This document shows, in pieces, positions 26,235 through 32,000 of a DNA stretch of 32,000 bases; within the stretch, counting starts at the first letter, position 1, and every line of letters starts with the position of its first letter. Source of the stretch: Acaryochloris thomasi RCC1774 (GTDB lineage: Bacteria > Cyanobacteriota > Cyanobacteriia > Thermosynechococcales > Thermosynechococcaceae); the NCBI RefSeq assembly GCF_003231495.1, contig NZ_PQWO01000002.1:270001-302000 (forward strand). The letters run 5' to 3'. The notes beneath the pieces are model-generated. The model was not told where the DNA came from. It was given only the letters and a program-made list of their open reading frames with translations, and did no database searches. A program made the position numbers and the translations under genes.

Positions 26235-27779
26235 ATGGCCGTCATCACTCGACAATACGCTCCTCCCACCTGCACGCTAGAGGTAACGGCCCAAACTTCG
26301 GCCCTGTCTCGATGGACGCGCCAGCCGGTTCTCAAGTCCTTAGATTTTTTGCTGAGTTTTAAGGGAGTTTGCGATCGCAACCAGCAACCCCTCGAAGTTC
26401 AGGGCGATCGCAAGCAGCTTGAGTCTTTATCAGAGGCCGTTTCAACCTATACCCAAGAGCTACTGGGGCACAGCGTAGTGCCTCTACCTGCAGGACTGTC
26501 AGGTTCAGAGAACCCCCAAACAGAGCTGCAAACCCAGAGCGCAACGGCGCTCGAAACATCCCCGGCTCCCCCTCTTACCTTGCCTGTGGTTCATCTGCGC
26601 CCGCAAAACTTGCTGCGCCATGAACTTGTGCTGGGGCCATTGGCCACCGACACCTCTGGCTCCGTGATTCAACTCAAGGCTTCCCAGCTCTTCGATCTCG
26701 CGACAGCACTGGATGAATATGCTGCCGAAGTTGAGACCCTCCCGACCCAGGTGCCCCAGACGGTTAGACCTGCTGTTCCTGTTTGGGCACGCGCCGCTGG
26801 CGTTATCTTGCTGGTGGGCGGGAGCACTGTTGCTCTGACCCAGTTTCTATATTCTGGCTTCGGAGGACCCACCTCAACGATCTCATCCGACAGTCGCAAT
26901 GAGAAGGAAACTTTAACGGAGTCAGCACCCACTCCAGTGGCAAAGTTGCCCACTCCTCAGCGCGATCAGGCTTCTCCTCCCACCCCGCCAACCCAAAAAT
27001 TACCGCAGGTGCAGCTCCCAAAGCGTGGTGGGGACTCAGGATCCGATCTGTTCTCTGGGCCTGCGCCCAGTCAATCAGAAAGCCAGACCGAATCGTCAAC
27101 GTCAGCCTTCAGACAAACACCCCGGCAGCAGGCTCCCCCAGCAAAGCTGCCGTCGCTCCCTGATGCCCCCGCTCCGGCGGATCTAGACCTAGATTCGGAA
27201 AAATTTAAGGTGCCCGATGCTGCTGAAGCCCCTACTGCGATCGCGGGTCGCTCACCGACAGAGCTGGGTCAAACAAACCTTGGGCGCTCCGGTGTTTCTG
27301 CCTCTCAACCAGAGACATTTACCTCTCGCGCTAAGGCACGCGTCAGCGCTGAAAGTGATGTGATTTCCTCGGCTGATCAAGAAAATAGTCTGCGGCAGGA
27401 TAAGGCCGTTAGCCCTGCCCCTGCCGCGGGCGTGAGTGGAGCCTCAGTCCCCCCCCCGACGCCGGAAGCTCTTCGTGAGACGGCCTTTGATGTCTCACCG
27501 CAGATTGTTGAGGTACGTCAGTATCTGGCTCGACGTTGGCAAGCGCCAGCTAATCTGAAACAGACGCTGCAGTATACGCTGGTACTCAACGCTAACGGCA
27601 CAATTGGACAAATCAAGCCCCGAGGGCAGGCCGCAACTCAGTATTTAGGGCAAACGCCGATTCCAAGTACAAATCAACCTTTTGTTTCACCGTCGAAGGT
27701 GCCTGGAAGTGCAGTGATTCGCGTTGTTTTGGGAGCTGACGGCAGCGTTCAAACTTTTCCTGAGAGTCCGTCCAATTAA
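26235..27779 (+). CDS. DUF4335-domain protein with central TM helix, Pro-rich spacer and TonB/TolA-C-like C-terminal domain
   Basis: The N-terminus RQYAPPTCTLEVTAQTSALSRW...LDFLLSF matches my memory of the cyanobacterial DUF4335 signature. A hydrophobic helix spans aa 183-207. The segment from about aa 210 to 410 is Pro/Ser/Ala/Gln-rich. The C-terminus reads VRQYLARRWQAPANLKQTLQYTLVLNANGTIGQIKP...AVIRVVLGADGSVQ. Confidence 0.7.
   Translation: MAVITRQYAPPTCTLEVTAQTSALSRWTRQPVLKSLDFLLSFKGVCDRNQQPLEVQGDRKQLESLSEAVSTYTQELLGHSVVPLPAGLSGSENPQTELQTQSATALETSPAPPLTLPVVHLRPQNLLRHELVLGPLATDTSGSVIQLKASQLFDLATALDEYAAEVETLPTQVPQTVRPAVPVWARAAGVILLVGGSTVALTQFLYSGFGGPTSTISSDSRNEKETLTESAPTPVAKLPTPQRDQASPPTPPTQKLPQVQLPKRGGDSGSDLFSGPAPSQSESQTESSTSAFRQTPRQQAPPAKLPSLPDAPAPADLDLDSEKFKVPDAAEAPTAIAGRSPTELGQTNLGRSGVSASQPETFTSRAKARVSAESDVISSADQENSLRQDKAVSPAPAAGVSGASVPPPTPEALRETAFDVSPQIVEVRQYLARRWQAPANLKQTLQYTLVLNANGTIGQIKPRGQAATQYLGQTPIPSTNQPFVSPSKVPGSAVIRVVLGADGSVQTFPESPSN
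26371..26378. repeat. HIP1 (GCGATCGC) highly iterated palindrome; one of at least 11 copies in the window
   Basis: I located exact GCGATCGC copies by eye at 3156, 5584, 6696, 17815, 21962, 24677, 25747, 26371, 26404, 27237 and 28209 (start coordinates). This density is characteristic of many cyanobacterial genomes. Confidence 0.9.
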
Positions 27780-28774
27780 TGAACATGAACTCCGTACCCT
27801 CCCGAATTAGTGTTGCGCCGATGATGGACCGGACGGACCGCCATTTCCGGTATTTTATGCGCCTGATCACGCGATATACATTGTTGTATACAGAGATGGT
27901 GACCAGCGCGGCAATTTTATACGGTGATCGCAACCATCTCCTCGGCTTCAGCCCCGAAGAAAAGCCGTTGGCTCTCCAGGTGGGGGGCGATCAGCCCCAA
28001 GATCTCGCCACCTGCGCTCAGATTGCCGAGGAGATGGGCTACGACGAAATTAACCTCAATGTGGGTTGCCCCAGCGGTCGGGTCCAGGCCGGAAATTTTG
28101 GGGCTTGCTTGATGCTCCAGCCCCAGCGCGTTGCTGATTGTGTTGCTGCCATGCGTCAGGCCACTAAGCTGCCCGTGACGGTCAAGCATCGGATTGGTGT
28201 AGATAGTTGCGATCGCTACGAAGATCTTGCCCATTTTGTACAGGTTGTCGCCGAGGCTGGCTGCCAGCGATTTACCGTGCACGCACGCAAAGCATGGCTA
28301 CAGGGACTCAGCCCTAAAGAAAATCGCAATGTCCCCCCGCTCCGCTATGAAGACGTTTACCGTCTCAAACGTGACTGTCCGCACCTATGGATTGAGATCA
28401 ATGGCGGCATTACGACATCCGATCAAGCACAAGGCCATCTGCAGGTCGTTGATGCCGTCATGATTGGGCGGGCTGCCTATGACACCCCCTATTTATTGGC
28501 CACAGTTGATCGAGAGATCGGGCATCAATCAGTCTCTCCGCCAGAACGACACAACATCGCAATGGCGATGCTGCCCTACATTGAACATTGGACCTGCAAG
28601 GGGCTAAAGCTCAACGCCATCACTCGTCATATGCTACAGCTCTATCATGGCCAGCCCGGAAGTCGTATCTGGAAACGCTATTTAACAGAGAACTCTCGTG
28701 CAGGCGCAGGGCCGGAAGTTGTTGAAACCGCTCTAGTTAAACTTGCCGATGTAAGCCTCGGATGTGCCGTCTAA
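27779..28774 (+). CDS. dusA: tRNA-dihydrouridine(20/20a) synthase DusA
   Basis: ISVAPMMDRTDRHFRYFMRLITRYTLLYTEMV, INLNVGCPS and VTVKHRIG are DusA signatures. The ATG overlaps the upstream TAA (TAATG at 27777-27781). Confidence 0.9.
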   Translation: MNMNSVPSRISVAPMMDRTDRHFRYFMRLITRYTLLYTEMVTSAAILYGDRNHLLGFSPEEKPLALQVGGDQPQDLATCAQIAEEMGYDEINLNVGCPSGRVQAGNFGACLMLQPQRVADCVAAMRQATKLPVTVKHRIGVDSCDRYEDLAHFVQVVAEAGCQRFTVHARKAWLQGLSPKENRNVPPLRYEDVYRLKRDCPHLWIEINGGITTSDQAQGHLQVVDAVMIGRAAYDTPYLLATVDREIGHQSVSPPERHNIAMAMLPYIEHWTCKGLKLNAITRHMLQLYHGQPGSRIWKRYLTENSRAGAGPEVVETALVKLADVSLGCAV

Positions 28775-29556
28775 GGCAAACAGATCGCGGGGCTGAAATG
28801 CCGTCAACAACCGCCACACCATCTTAGGCCAAGTAAACCAGGCAATAGCCGCACCGCTGCGCTTATTCTCTAACACTCGATCCGCGAGCCATGGTGCCAC
28901 CGTTTCCACATTATCCCCGAATAAATTAAAAATTGTTTTGACCCGCTCTAAGCCGGCCGGATCTTCATGGAACTGATCTGCAACTAACTTTGTGACCACC
29001 ATCCCTGGAGACAGTGTACTGACCTTCACTGGCGTTCCCTGCGTTTCCCGGATGAGGGCCTTCGTTAGGTACCGGACGCCAGATTTGCTAGTTCCATAGC
29101 CTGTCATACCCTGCAAAATCTGTCCGCTCGATCCGTGGCCTTCCATATTGTAGATGTGGCCGTGACCCTGTTTCAGCATGCCTTTGATTGCAACCTGTGA
29201 GCAGTAGGCCAGCCCCAATAAATTGGTCGAAATTACGGTTTGTAGCGTTTGTGCCGTCAGCTCCCACAGTGCCTTCATCGGATGATTAATACCGGCATTG
29301 TTGATCCATACATCTACTATCCCCAGGCTTGAATGGCCTCATTCCAGAGGCACTGAACCTGCTCAGCATTGGAGACATCGCAGCGGCACCCCGATACTCG
29401 CTCCTCACCATATTTGGCCGAAAGTGACGTGACTGCCCGATCAATGCGCTTCTGAGAGCGCCCGCTAACCATGACCCGACATCCTCGAGATAGGAAAGCA
29501 TCTGCTAATCCGTATCCAATACCCCGAGAACTGCCGGTAATCACAATGTTCTTCAC
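28733..29556 (-). pseudogene. NOL/NYC1-like short-chain dehydrogenase (chlorophyll b reductase family-like), split by a 1-nt frameshift
   Basis: Two adjacent ORFs cover the gene: 29317-29556 (79 aa) and 28733-29278 (181 aa). The N-terminal part reads KNIVITGSSRGIGYGLA...EAIQAWG* . The next frame continues GIVDVWINNAGINHPMKALWELT...IYNMEGHGSSG...YGTSK...LSPGMVVTKL. One extra G in the GGGG run (plus-strand CCCC at 29321-29324) restores a continuous 274-aa SDR reading AWGIVDVWINNAG. Confidence 0.8.
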
Positions 29557-29969
29557 GAACGCTCCATTTATTACGACTTGTTAAGGTAATTGTAATAAAA
29601 ATTAATAAAAATGTCACCTCCCGATTGTGGCTAGCGCAAGAGTTGGGGGTGTTCCTCTGTGACGGATTGTTCTGATGCAGGGATATTTCTACGGCCCTAA
29701 TGTTTCTGTGTCCTAGCTGTGAGGCGAACCACAGAGTTTGAGAAGGTGTAATGCTCTTCAGCAGACCTTGGGTCACTGCAAATCCGTAAGGTGCTCAGAT
29801 TGCACAAAAGAGTTCAAATAGCGCTTGTTGTGAAGTTCGCAGCGGCGTAACATTGTATTTCATGGATCTGTATTGAGAGTGCGTTAGCTTGCTCTGACAA
29901 GAATATCCTCAATAGATACAGGTAAATATATAGAGTAGTTTTTCCTAAAGCGTTTTTGGAATAAACACA

Positions 29970-31013
29970 ATGACTAGTGCAAATGCAAACGGTGACTATG
30001 GAGCTTTTGCTGGCAACGGCCGCTTAATCGACATGTCCGGTAAATGGCTTGCTGCTCATATTGGGCAGTACTCTCTTATCTGCCTATGGGCTTCATTAAT
30101 TACATTTTTAGAGGTTGCGGTTTATAACCCTGACCTGCCAATGGGTGAACAAGGGTTAATTTTGATCCCTCACCTTGCGGCCTTTGGCATGGGTGTTGAA
30201 CCCGGTGGCATAATTGACACCAGCACTTATACCTTATCTGCGTTCGGTCACCTTTTTGGTGCAGCTGTTTTTGCCTTCGGCGCGTTCTTTCATACTCGCG
30301 TTGCCCCCGGGGAACTGGGTGAAATTGAGGGTCGAGGATCCAAATGGGAATTTGAATGGGATGATCCTGAAAAACTAGGCTTTATTCTTGGCCACCACCT
30401 TCTACTTTTAGGTTTTACAGCCCTCCTTTTTGTCGGTTGGATTCGATTCCACGGCATTTACGATCCTGCGATTGGCGACATACGCACCGTTAGTAATCCA
30501 GGGGCAACCATTCGGAGCGTTGTTTTTGAGTATGGCTTGTTTACACCCGGTCACAACCCCTACTTTGTCGATAATCTAGAAGATATTGCCTCTGGCCATG
30601 CCTTCATTGGTGTCGTTGAAATTTGCGGCGGTATTTGGCACATCACACAAAAGCCTTATGAGTGGTCAACTCGCCTTCTGAGTTCTCTTTACTCGGCAGA
30701 TGGTCAACTGGCAGCTTCCCTCGCCGGTCTCTCTGTCCTGGGTTTTGCCGCCGCGTACTTCTCTGCGGTCAATACCGTTGCCTATCCTGTGGAGTTCTTT
30801 GGTGCACCTTTGGAGCTAGAGTTCACGCTGTTTCCGCGGTTCGTCGACACGGTTGATTTGCCGAGTGGGGCCTTCTCCGCTCGCGCTTGGCTTTCTAACG
30901 TCCATTTCTTGCTGGCGTTCTTCATTCTTCAGGGACACCTCTACCATGCGCTGAAAGCCTGTGGCTTTGAGTTTGAGCGTATTCCCTCCGCGCTGGGTTC
31001 TATCTCAGAGTAA
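29970..31013 (+). CDS. IsiA/Pcb (CP43-prime) family chlorophyll-binding antenna protein, divergent
   Basis: 347 aa, six-helix CP43-like without the large lumenal loop. Matching segments are GNGRLIDMSGKWLAAH, PMGEQGLILIPHLAAFG, WDDPEKLGFILGHHLLLLG, RFHGIYDPAIG, LEDIASGHAFIG and AWLSNVHFLLAFFILQGHLYHALKACGFEFERI. Confidence 0.9.
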   Translation: MTSANANGDYGAFAGNGRLIDMSGKWLAAHIGQYSLICLWASLITFLEVAVYNPDLPMGEQGLILIPHLAAFGMGVEPGGIIDTSTYTLSAFGHLFGAAVFAFGAFFHTRVAPGELGEIEGRGSKWEFEWDDPEKLGFILGHHLLLLGFTALLFVGWIRFHGIYDPAIGDIRTVSNPGATIRSVVFEYGLFTPGHNPYFVDNLEDIASGHAFIGVVEICGGIWHITQKPYEWSTRLLSSLYSADGQLAASLAGLSVLGFAAAYFSAVNTVAYPVEFFGAPLELEFTLFPRFVDTVDLPSGAFSARAWLSNVHFLLAFFILQGHLYHALKACGFEFERIPSALGSISE

Positions 31014-31034
31014 GACCCCACGCTTTTATGGCTT

Positions 31035-31070
31035 AAGACTGCTGATAAACATCAGCAGTCTTTTTTATTT
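31035..31070 (+). terminator. Rho-independent terminator of the isiA/pcb-like gene
   Basis: Perfect 12-bp stem AAGACTGCTGAT / ATCAGCAGTCTT with loop AAAC, followed by TTTTATTT. It begins 22 nt after the stop codon. Confidence 0.85.
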
Positions 31071-31287
31071 ATGTCTTTGCTTGTCTGCGGCTCGTAGGTC
31101 TTGACCCTCTGTGCTTGTCGCAACCAGCTATGGGCATAACGCCTAATCATACCCAGCCATCTGTATTTAATACTCATGGTTTTGATAATTTCTGAATCTC
31201 CCGCGGTGACAAAAAAGTTTCAAATGCTTTAGTTTTGGAACAGAGTATCCATTATCCGGTTCTTGAGCCACAGAGAACGAGTGAGTT

Positions 31288-31755
31288 ATGTCTATGACAT
31301 TGGCCCCTTCAGCCATGCGCAATGCCTTCAAAATTATTTTTGCGCCGCTTTCGTTAGAGCAGGTTTATCAGTTAGCTAATGATGCTCAAAATGGTGCGGT
31401 CGTCGTCATGAGCGGCACCGTCCGCGATAACACAGAGGGCCGACCGGTAGAATCATTGGAATATCAAGCCTATGAACCTATGGCAATCCAAGTTTTTCAA
31501 CAAATCGCCTCTCAGATTCAGGCCCAGTGGCCTGGGGTTAAGCGCGTTATCATTCACCATCGCATTGGTCAGTTGCGCGTGGGCGAGATGAGTGTGCTAG
31601 TGGCCGTTGGCAGTCCTCACCGAGCAGAGGCATTTGCTGCCTGTCAGTACGGTATTGACACACTGAAGCATAACGCTCCTATCTGGAAGAAAGAACATTG
31701 GGCTGACGGAAGCAGTAGCTGGGTCAGTATTGCCGCTTGTGAGGATCAGCACTGA
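31288..31755 (+). CDS. moaE: Molybdopterin synthase catalytic subunit MoaE
   Basis: GAVVVMSGTVRDNTEGRPVESLEYQAYEPMA, IIHHRIGQLRVGEMSVLVAVGSPHRAEAFAACQYGIDTLKHNAPIWKKE. This is the classic MoaE pattern. Confidence 0.9.
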   Translation: MSMTLAPSAMRNAFKIIFAPLSLEQVYQLANDAQNGAVVVMSGTVRDNTEGRPVESLEYQAYEPMAIQVFQQIASQIQAQWPGVKRVIIHHRIGQLRVGEMSVLVAVGSPHRAEAFAACQYGIDTLKHNAPIWKKEHWADGSSSWVSIAACEDQH

Positions 31756-31888
31756 GAATGTCATGTCTCTTGCTGCCAAAGGAATATTGGGTTGATGAGC
31801 GCCATAATTGGACGCTAAGAACTGAGGCTTTCGCCGACCAGCCTTAATGCTTTTACCCAATTATTTGTTTATGCATCTCTTCAAGATC

Positions 31889-31999
31889 TTAAAGCTCGCA
31901 GCGTAGGGTAAAAGAATAGTCTCCCCCTGGTTCTAGCTGATAGTCTTGTTGCTCAAGGAACCGTCCCAAAGGCTCTTGAATCAATGCCCGGCCTAGGGA
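31889..31999 (-). CDS. 3' end of an unidentified minus-strand gene entering from the right window edge
   Basis: My translation of the minus strand gives ...SLGRALIQEPLGRFLEQQDYQLEPGGDYSFTLRCEL*, with the stop TAA at 31891-31889. That is only 36 codons and I did not recognise a family. It could be non-coding. Confidence 0.3.
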   Translation of the reverse strand, partial: SLGRALIQEPLGRFLEQQDYQLEPGGDYSFTLRCEL

Positions 32000-32000
32000 C

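Noticed and set aside
26070-26380. Minus-strand ORFs of 61 and 89 aa in the der/DUF4335 gap
   Set aside because: They overlap each other and the start of the DUF4335 gene. They have no ribosome-binding site that I could see and no recognisable motifs. They are probably non-coding.
29581-29613. AT-rich stretch GTAATTGTAATAAAAATTAATAAAAATG as a possible Fur box for the isiA/pcb-like gene
   Set aside because: It is not a convincing match to the GATAATGATAATCATTATC-type inverted repeat. It also lies about 360 nt from the antenna gene start but only about 25 nt from the SDR start, so it is more likely the SDR promoter region.
31071-31287. Possible Moco riboswitch upstream of moaE
   Set aside because: I could not find the conserved Moco-motif elements or a convincing multi-stem structure by eye. 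A covariance-model scan would be needed to be sure.
31597-31860. 87-aa minus-strand ORF overlapping the moaE 3' end
   Set aside because: It is antisense to a well-supported MoaE CDS and has no motifs.

Overview
Cyanobacterial chromosomal segment. The evidence is at least 11 copies of the HIP1 palindrome GCGATCGC and a psaA-psaB photosystem I core operon. I saw no rRNA, tRNA, CRISPR array, IS element or obvious defence island. Most of the window is conserved cyanobacterial core genome: psaAB, rsmE, rpsB-tsf, der, dusA, moaE, Ycf36/CGLD27, an asparaginase-II family gene and a radical SAM gene. Five loci deserve a second look. (1) A minus-strand string at 1-5273 encodes a zinc-ribbon Ser/Thr kinase fused to a GUN4 domain, then a PixJ/TaxD-like methyl-accepting protein with three tandem DXCF cyanobacteriochrome GAF domains, then a CheA-like gene. 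The first Hpt-like domain of the CheA-like gene lacks the phospho-accepting His, and no cheW or cheY lies next to them. (2) A NOL/NYC1-like (chlorophyll b reductase family) SDR is broken by a 1-nt frameshift in a C4/G4 run. It is divergently paired with a stand-alone, divergent IsiA/Pcb-type chlorophyll antenna gene. (3) A GGDEF protein has lost the active site (QESTL) but keeps the RxxD I-site at canonical spacing. (4) A DUF4335 protein has a TonB/TolA-like layout. (5) PsaA is substituted at several normally invariant motifs, while PsaB is canonical. All family assignments come from reading motifs by eye. No database search or alignment statistic was run.
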